Shown here piece after piece: positions 47,245 to 56,270 of a stretch of 64,000 nt of DNA; within the stretch, counting starts at the first letter, position 1, and each line of letters opens with the position of its first letter. The translations under genes and the position numbers were made by a program. Source of the stretch: Anaerolineales bacterium (GTDB lineage: Bacteria > Chloroflexota > Anaerolineae > Anaerolineales > Villigracilaceae). The notes beneath the pieces were generated by a model. That model was not told the DNA's origin, did no database searches, and worked only from the letters and a program-made list of their open reading frames with translations. The stretch is from assembly GCA_034431895.1 (NCBI GenBank), contig DAOUCM010000094.1:22752-86751 (forward strand). Direction: 5' to 3'.

Positions 47245-47862
47245 ATGAACCTCCTCTTCTCCCCTCCCTCTCTCGATGACCTCATCCGCCTGCTCAAAGC
47301 CTGGCGCTTTTGGGTTTTGGGCGCTCTGGCAGGCGCGCTCTTGGGCGCAGCCGTCTATGCCCTTTTCCCGCCGCCCTACCGCGCCCGCGCTACGGTCAAC
47401 GTGGACTTCAACCTCGAAGAAGCCTGGCCGCAAGAGACCGACCGCCAGCAGTTCTATTACCTAGAGCGTGAGACGCGCAAATTGGAAGAGATAGCCTGGT
47501 CGGATAGGGTTTTGCAGGCGGTTGCTCAGGAAAATGGCGTCAGCGTAACGTCGCTGCGGCAGGGCGTTCTTTCTCTCAGTCAGCCGGCGGAAGCGGGCTG
47601 GCATTTCTACGCTGATGACCACGACGCAGAACGGGCGTCTGCGCTGGCCTCTGCCTGGGCGTTGGCCTTTACCGAGCAGGTCCAGGCGCAGGTCGCCGCG
47701 CAGAGGGGTTTGAATTCTTTCATCCGGGTAGAGGCTGTCCAGGTGCAGGACATCCCGGTCGAGCGCCGCGCTGGGCAGGGCGCATACTTGCTGGCGGGCG
47801 GGTTGGGCTTCCTGGCTGTGGGCGCTTTGCTGATATTGTTCCTTGACCGGGGCAAGCCCTGA
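47245..47862 (+). CDS. Small Wzz/polysaccharide-copolymerase-like protein (two terminal TM helices, helical middle)
   Basis: Called from topology and position only: an N-terminal TM, a ~130-aa soluble region and a C-terminal TM (AYLLAGGLGFLAVGALLILFL). Confidence 0.4.
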   Translation: MNLLFSPPSLDDLIRLLKAWRFWVLGALAGALLGAAVYALFPPPYRARATVNVDFNLEEAWPQETDRQQFYYLERETRKLEEIAWSDRVLQAVAQENGVSVTSLRQGVLSLSQPAEAGWHFYADDHDAERASALASAWALAFTEQVQAQVAAQRGLNSFIRVEAVQVQDIPVERRAGQGAYLLAGGLGFLAVGALLILFLDRGKP

Positions 47863-47894
47863 CCTGCTTACTTGTCTACGTGCCTACCTCCCTC

Positions 47895-49367
47895 ATGAAT
47901 CGTTTGCTTCCCCTCTCCGACCGACTGATGCGCTTGCTGTGGGCGGCGGCGTTGCTATGCCTGCCGGTGACCAGTTTCCGCTGGTTTCCTGGTTTGGGCG
48001 AGACCACTTATGTGCGCCCGCTGGCCTTCTATCCGCTTATCCCTTTGTTGCTTTTGCTGGCGATACGGTTGGCGCGCAGGCAAATTGCGGCGCCCTTTCC
48101 GGGCAGCATGGTGACCCTGGGCGCATTCATGCTGGTCTTGACCGCCGCCACTGCCTTTGGCGCTTTGAATGCTCCTTTGGAACTGCGCGGACAAACCTAC
48201 TGGGGGCGCACTCTGCGCGCCTGGGCTACTGTCTGGATTGGTCTGGCCTTCTTCGTATCTGCGGTCTGGATGAACAAGGACGAGGACGACCTCAAGTTCT
48301 CTCTGCGCTGGCTGTTGGCCGGCTTTGGGCTGGACATTCTGTGGAGCGCGGTACAGGCTCTGGCCTTCTACACGCCCCTGCTGGACAAGGTGACGGTCAC
48401 GCATTGGCAATTGGCTTTTTCCATGCGCGAACTGGTCAAGACCAACCGCGTCTCTGGGCTGGCTTACGAACCGGCCTGGCTGGCGGGGCAGATTGCCACC
48501 GTGTACCTGCCCTGGCTATTGGCGGCCACCTTGACCGGGACCCACCTAACCCGCTTCCGCTGGCTTGAAGCGCTGCTGCTTGCGGCGAGCGGCCTGCTCT
48601 TGCTGGCGACCTATTCGCGCGGCGGGCTGGTCACGGCGCTGGGCGCGGCCGCCTTGACCTTCTTGCTCACCGGCAGACAGGTCATGCAGCAGGGTTGGCG
48701 CTGGTTTCTGGCTGGTTTCCGGCGGCCGCAGGGGGAGATGAGCGCCTGGGTAACGGGAGCAGGCTTGCGTCTGGGCTTGACCGCGCTGGCAGCGCTGATC
48801 TTGCTCGGGGCGGGGATCATCCTCGGTCAAAAGGGTTACATGACCCGTTTGTGGAATACCCAGGCCGAAAGTCTGACCGATTTCATCGTCGAAAACTCGG
48901 CAGGCGCGCGGATGGCGTATACCTGGGGTGCGCTGGGGGCGTATGACGAATCGCCCTGGCTGGGCGTAGGGCTGGGCGCTTCTGGTTTCTACATTTATCG
49001 AAACCTGCCGGATTGGGCGCTGACCACCGTCCCGGAGATTGCGCGTCAACTCAGCCCGGCCAATCGGTTGTATCCCAATCCCAAGAACCTGTATATTCGT
49101 ATCCTGGCAGAAAGCGGTTGGCTGGGGTTCTCCCTTTTTGCGGCTTTTTGGCTGGGATGGTTGGGCTATGCACTGGGCTTTCTGCGTCAAGGCGGGTGGT
49201 TGCGCTTTTTGGGAATTGCAGGTTTATGCTCCTGGCTGGCAATTTCATTTTATAATGGGACACAGGACTCTTTTGCTACGCCGAATCTCTGGATGAACTT
49301 GGGAATCCTGGTCGGCATGACTCGCTCGACAACCTTCTCTACAAACTCTTTGGAGGCGCGTTCATGA
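47895..49367 (+). CDS. O-antigen ligase/polymerase-like (Wzy_C domain) membrane protein
   Basis: Polytopic, with an LLLATYSRGGLV motif (O-antigen ligase-type SRG). The start is uncertain (GTG 47880 or ATG 47895). Confidence 0.75.
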   Translation: MNRLLPLSDRLMRLLWAAALLCLPVTSFRWFPGLGETTYVRPLAFYPLIPLLLLLAIRLARRQIAAPFPGSMVTLGAFMLVLTAATAFGALNAPLELRGQTYWGRTLRAWATVWIGLAFFVSAVWMNKDEDDLKFSLRWLLAGFGLDILWSAVQALAFYTPLLDKVTVTHWQLAFSMRELVKTNRVSGLAYEPAWLAGQIATVYLPWLLAATLTGTHLTRFRWLEALLLAASGLLLLATYSRGGLVTALGAAALTFLLTGRQVMQQGWRWFLAGFRRPQGEMSAWVTGAGLRLGLTALAALILLGAGIILGQKGYMTRLWNTQAESLTDFIVENSAGARMAYTWGALGAYDESPWLGVGLGASGFYIYRNLPDWALTTVPEIARQLSPANRLYPNPKNLYIRILAESGWLGFSLFAAFWLGWLGYALGFLRQGGWLRFLGIAGLCSWLAISFYNGTQDSFATPNLWMNLGILVGMTRSTTFSTNSLEARS

Positions 49368-50092
49368 TCGTTCTTTCGGTTGGGATGCCGCGCGCCGGCT
49401 CGGGCTGGCATTACAACCTCATCCATGACTTGATGAAAACCACCGGCTGCGCCGATGCGCGCGAGGTGCGCGAAAGGTATCATTTACAAAAGATTTTGAC
49501 CGAGGTCAACTGTAACATTGGCGTTCTTTCTCTGCGCAGATTGGGGATGGTGACTGTGCCGGCCTTGATGGGCAACACCTTCGTCATCAAGGCGCATTCC
49601 GCTCCCACGCCCTGGTCGCGTCTTCTTTCGACCCTCGGCCTGCTCCGCATCACGTACATTTACCGTGACCCGCGCGACGCCATGCTCTCGGCCTATGAGT
49701 TTGGACAGCGCGCTTTGTCCAAAGGACGCCCCAATGCCTTTTCCCATTTGAGCGATTTTCGAAAGACGTTGGACTTTATGACCGAATATGTCCATATTTG
49801 GGAAAAATGGCAGGCTGAAAAGGGCATTTTGATTGCCCGTTATGAAGACTTGTTGCAAGACTATGACCGCGAGGTCGCTCGTCTGCTCGAATTCCTCGGC
49901 CTGGATTGCAGCAGGCCCGAAGTCTGCGCCGTCTTCGAAGCCTATCGCCCCGGCGCGGCAGAAGAGCGTCAGGGTTTGCATTTCTATAAGGGCAAGATTG
50001 GGCGCTTTCGCGAGGTATACTCGCTCGAACAACAAAATATCCTGGCAGAACGGTTTGGTCCCTCCCTGGAGAAAATGGGCTACGAAATCTAA
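49364..50092 (+). CDS. Sulfotransferase-family protein 2
   Basis: MPRAGSGWHYN (PSB-like loop) and YIYRDPRDAMLSAYEF (3'-PB RDPRD..S). ATGA overlap with the upstream gene. Confidence 0.75.
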   Translation: MIVLSVGMPRAGSGWHYNLIHDLMKTTGCADAREVRERYHLQKILTEVNCNIGVLSLRRLGMVTVPALMGNTFVIKAHSAPTPWSRLLSTLGLLRITYIYRDPRDAMLSAYEFGQRALSKGRPNAFSHLSDFRKTLDFMTEYVHIWEKWQAEKGILIARYEDLLQDYDREVARLLEFLGLDCSRPEVCAVFEAYRPGAAEERQGLHFYKGKIGRFREVYSLEQQNILAERFGPSLEKMGYEI

Positions 50093-50288
50093 TCTGTAAT
50101 GGGCTACCGTACATCCAGGAGAATTCCCACTCCTCTCCGACGTGAGTTTCGCGAAGGAAATGAAGGAGAATTCGTGTCCTTTGCTCATTCGCGGCAATCG
50201 CGTGGAGGAAATGTGCGGCAGAGAATCCGTAATCAACTTGTAAGGTCTTCTTTCGACCGGCTGGAGCAAATTCGGGTATCATAAGCGT

Positions 50289-52037
50289 ATGCGTACTTTC
50301 GATACTCCTTACATTGCTGACTGGTATGCCGCCTCCCTGCGCTGGGTGGTCTTGTTGGGCATGGTCATTTCGCTGTCTCTGGGGGGAACTTTGCTCGAAA
50401 TGAGATCCTGGCCTTTGGCTGCGCTCATCCTTTGGAATATATTGATTAGCCTGTTTGCCGGGCTTAACGTTCGCATGGTTCTTCATCGTTATATCAGCCT
50501 GGCTATAGACTTGTCTCTGACGGCCGTCCTTTTTTGGCTGCAAGGCGGGCTGGGTGGGCCGGTGTTGTGGGCTGGTTTGTTGCCCATCTTGAGCGCAGCC
50601 ATTTACTTCGAGTTTTTTGGCGCCTTGCTGATTGCGTTCTTGTTCTCGGCGCTTGAAATTGCTACTTTATGGAAAGGGGAAAGTGGGCCAGATTTCATCC
50701 GTTTGGCGGCGTTGGTGGCCGCTGCTACGTTGATGGTGGGGGTGCTTTTTGGCTACTTAAGTCATTTGTTGATGGAACATTTACGGCGGATGCGTGTGCA
50801 CCGCTTGGACGAGGAAGAGCGGCGGATGCGCATGGAGAGCGAACGCTGGCGCGCATTGTACGAACTCACTTCCAACTTGACCGGCACACTCAGTTACCGG
50901 CGCGTGCTGGATTCGGCCCTCGACCTGGGATACACCGTCTTGAACCCCGATCCAGATGCCGAGCAGGACGAGAAACTGGTCAGCGCTGTCTTGTTGTTCA
51001 AGGGCGATGAACTGACCATTGGCTCGGCGCGGCGGCTGACGAATGCCGATATGCGCGTCCAGTTACACGGCAGCGAGGGCATCCTCAAGCGTGTCTTCGA
51101 CGAGGGCGAACCGGTCTTGACGAACAATATCAGTTTCGACCCAGAACTGGGACGCATGATTGCCCTGCGCAATTGTACAGCCGCCTATTGTTTTCCTCTG
51201 CGCAGCGGCTTCAATGTCTATGGCGCCATGTTGTTCGCTCACGCTGACCCGCAGTATTTCACCCAAGAGCGCTGTGACTTGCTCGATATGATTGGCCGTC
51301 AATCTGTCATTGCCATTCAGAATGCTCGCCTGTATCAAGACCTGCTCGAAGAAAAAGAGCGCATGATGGAAGTCCACGAGGAAGCCCGCAAGAAACTGGC
51401 GCGCGACTTGCACGACGGCCCGACCCAATCGGTGGCGGCCATGGCCATGCGCATCAACCTGGCGCGGCGTATGTTCAGCAAGGACGCCAAAGCCGCCGTC
51501 AACGAACTGGTCAAAATCGAGGAACTGGCGCATCGCACCACCAAAGAGATTCGGCATATGCTGTTTACCCTGCGTCCGCTCATTTTGGAATCGCAAGGCT
51601 TGAATGCTGCGCTCAAAGCCATGGCTGAGAAGATGAAAGAGACCTTTGGGCAAAATGTCATTGTCGAGGTCAACGAGCAGGTCGTTTCCGAAATGGAGAT
51701 GGGCAAGCAGGGCGTTGTTTTCTATATCATCGAAGAGGCGGTCAATAACGCCCGCAAACATGCCGCTGCGCCCAATATTTGGGTGCGCCTGCGGCAATTG
51801 GAACCAGGCCTGGTCTTGTTGGAAGTTCAGGACGACGGGGTAGGCTTCGATGTGCAAGCCGTCACGCAGTCTTATGATAAACGCAGCAGTTTGGGCATGA
51901 TCAACTTGCGCGAGCGCACCGAACTGGTCAATGGCTTGCTGAATATCCAATCGCAGCCGGGCAAAGGCACCCTCATTCAAGTCTACATTCCGCTTACGGA
52001 AGATGCAGCCGACCGTCTGCATCATGCCAAACAATAG
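50289..52037 (+). CDS. Membrane sensor histidine kinase (TM region, GAF, HisKA_3, HATPase_c; NarL/DegS class)
   Basis: H-box ARDLHDGPTQSV and ATPase N/G boxes (EEAVNNARKHA, DDGVGFD, GMINLRER). There are 4-5 N-terminal TM segments. Confidence 0.9.
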   Translation: MRTFDTPYIADWYAASLRWVVLLGMVISLSLGGTLLEMRSWPLAALILWNILISLFAGLNVRMVLHRYISLAIDLSLTAVLFWLQGGLGGPVLWAGLLPILSAAIYFEFFGALLIAFLFSALEIATLWKGESGPDFIRLAALVAAATLMVGVLFGYLSHLLMEHLRRMRVHRLDEEERRMRMESERWRALYELTSNLTGTLSYRRVLDSALDLGYTVLNPDPDAEQDEKLVSAVLLFKGDELTIGSARRLTNADMRVQLHGSEGILKRVFDEGEPVLTNNISFDPELGRMIALRNCTAAYCFPLRSGFNVYGAMLFAHADPQYFTQERCDLLDMIGRQSVIAIQNARLYQDLLEEKERMMEVHEEARKKLARDLHDGPTQSVAAMAMRINLARRMFSKDAKAAVNELVKIEELAHRTTKEIRHMLFTLRPLILESQGLNAALKAMAEKMKETFGQNVIVEVNEQVVSEMEMGKQGVVFYIIEEAVNNARKHAAAPNIWVRLRQLEPGLVLLEVQDDGVGFDVQAVTQSYDKRSSLGMINLRERTELVNGLLNIQSQPGKGTLIQVYIPLTEDAADRLHHAKQ

Positions 52038-52039
52038 CC

Positions 52040-52801
52040 ATGCCAACCGCTGCTGGCCTGTACTACTTTGTGCATGGTGAAAACTTGGATGGACGGCCGC
52101 CGGTTGTCTTGATTCACGGTGCGGGAGGCGCCCATTTGAACTGGCCGCCGCAGGTGCGCCGTTTGAACGGTCAACGCCTGTTCGCCATTGACTTGCCCGG
52201 GCACGGTAAATCGAAAGGGATGGGCCGGCAAGACATCCTGGAATATGCGCGGGCAGTGAGTGAATTCCTGAAGGCCTTGTCTTTGCCGGCGGCCATCCTG
52301 GTGGGGCATTCGATGGGTAGCGCCATTGCGCTTGTCATGGCTTTGCACTTTCCCCAGCAGGTGTTGGGATTGGGCCTGCTGGGTGGCGGCGCCAAACTGC
52401 GCGTAGCCAAAAGCATCCTCGAGCTGGCCGCCCAGCCAGAGACCTTTCCAACTCTCCTTCAAATATTGGGCGACCTTTCTTACGGCCCTCATGCCGACCC
52501 ACGCCTGAAGGAACTCGGTATGCGCCGCCTGGCAGAGACGCGCCCGGCTGTCTTGTATGGCGATTTCCTGGCTTGTGACGCTTTCGATGTCATGCAGCAG
52601 GTCAAGAACATCCATGTTCCCACCTTGCTGCTGTGCGGCAGTGAAGACCAGATGACGCCCCCTAACCGTTCTGCGTATTTGCATGAACAGATTGCGGGGT
52701 CACAGTTGCGGCTGATTCCCGGTGCCGGTCACATGCTCATGCTCGAAGCGCCCGACGAAACCGCGCGGCTGTTGGGGGCATTCCTCGATACGATTCCCTA
52801 G
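52040..52801 (+). CDS. Alpha/beta-fold hydrolase
   Basis: VVLIHGAGG, nucleophile elbow GHSMGS and a C-terminal GAGH. Confidence 0.85.
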   Translation: MPTAAGLYYFVHGENLDGRPPVVLIHGAGGAHLNWPPQVRRLNGQRLFAIDLPGHGKSKGMGRQDILEYARAVSEFLKALSLPAAILVGHSMGSAIALVMALHFPQQVLGLGLLGGGAKLRVAKSILELAAQPETFPTLLQILGDLSYGPHADPRLKELGMRRLAETRPAVLYGDFLACDAFDVMQQVKNIHVPTLLLCGSEDQMTPPNRSAYLHEQIAGSQLRLIPGAGHMLMLEAPDETARLLGAFLDTIP

Positions 52802-53409
52802 CGGACTCCGAAATCAAAATATTCGAGCAGGATGGGAAGGGCATTTCGCACCGCCTGACCGCGATGACTCAGGCGGTTCTTCGTCTCCATGTCCAACTCG
52901 GCCATGGTCGCATTGGCTTCGGGGATGAAAAAGATTGAATCGTAACCAAAGCCACCCGTTCCGCGTTCTTGCGGGACGATTTCTCCCAAACAGGTCCCCT
53001 CGGCGAATTTCACGCTTCCGCCCGGACTTGCAACTGCTACCGTTGCCCGAAACCTTGCCCTCCACGGACGGGGTTTTCCCGCCAACTGCTCCAGCAGGTA
53101 AGCGCGCCGGTTGGCGTCGGTGAACGGCGCATGACCAAAGCGCTTCGAGCGCAGGCCAGGCAGACCCTCCAGGGCGTCTACTTCTAAGCCGGTATCGTCG
53201 GCCAGCGAAACCAAGCCGCTGGCCTGGGCAAAGGCGCGGGCTTTCTTGGCGGCGTTCTCGGCATAGGTCTGACCGTCTTCTTCCACTTCGAGCGCCAGGC
53301 CCAAATCGGCCGGCTTGATCAGTGCAATGCCAAGACCTTGCAAGATGGCCTGCATTTCCTGGAGTTTGCCTGGGTTGTTGGTGGCTAAGAGGAGGCGGGG
53401 TTTGTTCAT
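52798..53409 (-). CDS. rdgB: Non-canonical purine NTP pyrophosphatase (RdgB/HAM1)
   Basis: LLLATNNPGKLQE, GFGYDSIF, SHRGQA. Start at ATG 53409. The Arg/Pro-rich ORF extension to 53919 overlaps queG and is rejected. Confidence 0.9.
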   Translation of the reverse strand: MNKPRLLLATNNPGKLQEMQAILQGLGIALIKPADLGLALEVEEDGQTYAENAAKKARAFAQASGLVSLADDTGLEVDALEGLPGLRSKRFGHAPFTDANRRAYLLEQLAGKPRPWRARFRATVAVASPGGSVKFAEGTCLGEIVPQERGTGGFGYDSIFFIPEANATMAELDMETKNRLSHRGQAVRNALPILLEYFDFGVR

Positions 53410-54524
53410 TTCGAATGTCTGGAGCGAATGGGCGGGTTTTTGTTTTCCTCGATTTGCATCAACGCCCAAGCGGCGTGTTCGCGTATCAGCGCTTCGGGGT
53501 CGCGCAGGGCCGCTCGAAGCGCCGGCAGGGCTTCGGTCGAGCCGCTGTTGCCCAGCGCAACGGCTACATTGCGCAGGTAGCCGCGCCGTTTGGCGCGCGC
53601 GATCGGGCTGTCCTTGAAAGAGCGGTTGAACTCTGCGGGAGAGAGGGACAAGGCGGAGACCAAATCTGGTTGCGCGGAAGCCGGCCGCGGGGCGAATGAA
53701 GCGTCCACGTCGCGGGGAGCAAACCGATTCCACGGGCAGACCATCTGGCACACGTCGCAGCCAAAAATCCAGCCGTCCAGTTTGGGGCGCAGGTCGAGCG
53801 GGATGTCGCCTTTGTTTTCGATGGTCAGGTAGGAAATGCAGCGGCGGGCGTCGAGCGTGCGGTTGGGCAGGATGCAGCCGGTGGGACAGGCTTCGATGCA
53901 GCGCCGACAGGAGCCGCAATGGTCGGCAGCAAAGGGAGCGTTGGGTTGCAGTTCGAAGTCGAGCAGGATTTCGGCCAGGAAAAAGAAAGAGCCAAATTGG
54001 GGGTGAATCAGACAGGTGTTCTTGCCGATCCAGCCCAGCCCGGCGCGCTGCGCCAGGTCTCGTTCTAGCAGCGGGCCGGTGTCGGTGTAATAACGATAGG
54101 CGATGGGATGGCCGACCTGCGCCTGGATGAAGTCAACCAGGGCTTGTAATTTTGGAGGGATGACGAGGTGATAGTCTTGACCCCAAGCGTAGGCAGCGAC
54201 TTTGGCCTGGCTCCCCTGCGGTTCCCCCATTTTTGCCCCATGCTTTGAATTTTTGGGGGAGGCTTGGGGGGCGAAAATGGGGGGAGGATGGTAGGGGAGG
54301 GCCAGCACGAGGATGGATTTGCAGCCCGGCAGTATCAAGCGCGGATCGGCGCGGCGCGCCCGGGCGCGTTCGCTGGCCAGATAATCCATGCCAGCATGAT
54401 GGCCGGCCTCCAGCCAGCGCTCGTAGATGGAGAGGTGCGTAGGCGGTTCAGGTGTGGTGACGCCGGCCAGGACGAAGCCCAACCGGCGTGCTTCTTCTTC
54501 GATGGCTTGTTCGAGGGGCGCCAT
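53406..54524 (-). CDS. queG: tRNA epoxyqueuosine(34) reductase
   Basis: CGSCRRCIEACPTGC and CDVCQMVCPWN clusters with a C-terminal HEAT-like repeat. ATGA overlap with rdgB. Start is ATG 54524 or TTG 54530. Confidence 0.9.
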   Translation of the reverse strand: MAPLEQAIEEEARRLGFVLAGVTTPEPPTHLSIYERWLEAGHHAGMDYLASERARARRADPRLILPGCKSILVLALPYHPPPIFAPQASPKNSKHGAKMGEPQGSQAKVAAYAWGQDYHLVIPPKLQALVDFIQAQVGHPIAYRYYTDTGPLLERDLAQRAGLGWIGKNTCLIHPQFGSFFFLAEILLDFELQPNAPFAADHCGSCRRCIEACPTGCILPNRTLDARRCISYLTIENKGDIPLDLRPKLDGWIFGCDVCQMVCPWNRFAPRDVDASFAPRPASAQPDLVSALSLSPAEFNRSFKDSPIARAKRRGYLRNVAVALGNSGSTEALPALRAALRDPEALIREHAAWALMQIEENKNPPIRSRHSK

Positions 54525-54526
54525 GT

Positions 54527-55135
54527 TCAACGCACGACGATTCGGACGTAGAAGAATTCACCGAAAGGGCTTTTGTTGGCATTCGCCATGCGCCAGGTGC
54601 TGGAATATTGGCCAATTTTGTCGGGCGCCTTGAAGCGCACCGATACCTCCACTTCCTCCCCTGGGGCTACAACCGAAGTCAGCGGTTCAGCGATGCCAGA
54701 CATTTTCTCGCCATAGGCGTAGATGACCGAATAACCGCTGCCCCAGGCGCAGGTGCCGGTGTTCTTGATTTTCCAGGTCTTGACGAAATCCTGGCCAGGC
54801 GTCATTTGGGTGTCGTCGGGAACGGTGATGTCAATGACGAAGGCAGAATTGTCGCAGGGGATAGGGGTGACGGTTGCGCCCGTCGAGTCAACGGCAACGG
54901 TGGCCGTGGGCAGGGGCAGCGCCGTCTCTGGCGTGGCGGTAGGCTCCTCGGTGGCGGTTGGCTCTGGCGTGTCGGTGGACGCAGCCTGGGCAGTTTGGGT
55001 GAACTCGGCGATGACGGTCTGCGCCGCGATGGTGTGAATGGCGTTCACGTCTGGCGTCGGCTGGGCAGGTTCGTTCGAGCCGCAGGCGGTCAGCAGCAGT
55101 CCCACGAGGGTCAAGAGGAGGATAGGTTTGGTCAT
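54527..55135 (-). CDS. Lipoprotein with NBR1/FW-type Ig-like domain (array member 1)
   Basis: Signal peptide plus lipobox LLTAC, a Pro/Thr linker, then C-x4-F-x-DITVPDD...FVKTWKIKNTGTCAW...APGEEVEVSV...WRM. GGAGG lies before ATG 55135. Confidence 0.8.
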   Translation of the reverse strand: MTKPILLLTLVGLLLTACGSNEPAQPTPDVNAIHTIAAQTVIAEFTQTAQAASTDTPEPTATEEPTATPETALPLPTATVAVDSTGATVTPIPCDNSAFVIDITVPDDTQMTPGQDFVKTWKIKNTGTCAWGSGYSVIYAYGEKMSGIAEPLTSVVAPGEEVEVSVRFKAPDKIGQYSSTWRMANANKSPFGEFFYVRIVVR

Positions 55136-55173
55136 AGAACCTCCAAAAATGGGTTGGAAATGTTGCTGATGGC

Positions 55174-55872
55174 TCATTTGACAATGATTTTGATGCACAT
55201 CAGCGTACCAAAACCATAGCCGTTATCTCCAAACATCTGCCAGCAGCCGCCGTGTTCGCCGCCGGTGGCGGGGGTGGTCATTTCGATGCGAATGTCTACT
55301 GTTTCGCCAGGTTCGACGAACTGGTCTTTGGTTTTGATTTCCCAAGTCTTGGCGCCCATGGATTCTCCCATGACGTGTCGCACAGAATAGCCGTCGTCCC
55401 ACGTGCAGGTGCCGGTATTCTTGATGCGCCACACTTTGGCTATCAGTTGTTTGTCTTGCACCACTTCGCCGTCGGGATAGTTGACGTCGGTAATGAACTC
55501 AGAGTTGTTACACATCGGCCCAGCCTGTGTCGCCAGGGCTGGCAGAGGGGTAATGGTGGCAAAGGGTGTGCCGCCCAATGGCGTGATGAGCAAGGCGGGC
55601 GTGCCAAGAGGCAGAGCAGGCGCAGGAGAGCCGCCAATGGGAAAGGTGGGGATGGGGGTGTTGGTAGGCGCCAGGGTGGCGGTGGGAGGCGCAGCCAGGG
55701 CGGTTTGGGTCAGGTCAGCAGAATACTGGGCGATCATCGTCTGAGCGGCGGCTGTGAAAATGGCAGCCACATCTGGCGTGGGTTCTGGCTGTTTCCCTAA
55801 ATTGCAGGCTGACAAAAGCAGGGAGAGGATGAGAAGAAGAGTCAACCTGCGGGTGGTGTTAGCGCGTTCCAC
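55174..55872 (-). CDS. Lipoprotein with NBR1/FW-type Ig-like domain (array member 2)
   Basis: LLLSAC lipobox, AAAQTMIAQ motif, CNNSEFITDVNYPDG...VWRIKNTGTCTW. The start is uncertain: GTG 55872 gives a normal signal peptide, and the ORF is open to ATG 55974. Confidence 0.75.
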   Translation of the reverse strand: MERANTTRRLTLLLILSLLLSACNLGKQPEPTPDVAAIFTAAAQTMIAQYSADLTQTALAAPPTATLAPTNTPIPTFPIGGSPAPALPLGTPALLITPLGGTPFATITPLPALATQAGPMCNNSEFITDVNYPDGEVVQDKQLIAKVWRIKNTGTCTWDDGYSVRHVMGESMGAKTWEIKTKDQFVEPGETVDIRIEMTTPATGGEHGGCWQMFGDNGYGFGTLMCIKIIVK

Positions 55873-56050
55873 CGGCGGGGCGCCGATCCTCCAAGGGGAT
55901 GCTGTGGGACTGCCGCCCAAGCGGGCGAGTATCCCATCCCATGAGCGCGCGTACCATGTTTTCGAATATCGCATTCGCTACCTCCAGTTCTTTGTAGAAA
56001 GATCATCCTTTCTGTTTTTGTATCTTCCCATTCATCGGGGGGCAGGAGTT

Positions 56051-56146
56051 AGACCCTAAAGGTTTTCAGGTCGAACCGGCCATTCTGCCGGCAAATTTGG
56101 CCGTTTTGTCAGGTAATTTTGCCGGCCGGCGAAACCTTTAGGGTCT
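56051..56146. repeat. Perfect 15-bp inverted repeat with 66-nt GC-rich spacer downstream of array member 3
   Basis: AGACCCTAAAGGTTT (56051-56065) and AAACCTTTAGGGTCT (56132-56146) are exact reverse complements. Confidence 0.9.
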
Positions 56147-56270
56147 CCACCCCAATTTATTGAGATGATACCTGTTTTTTTCATTATAACTCATTGCCTG
56201 CTCCTTGCCCGCACCCCTATTTCGAGATTCCACCCTACTCTTTTCCCAAAGGGGGAGGCTGAGACGGGGG

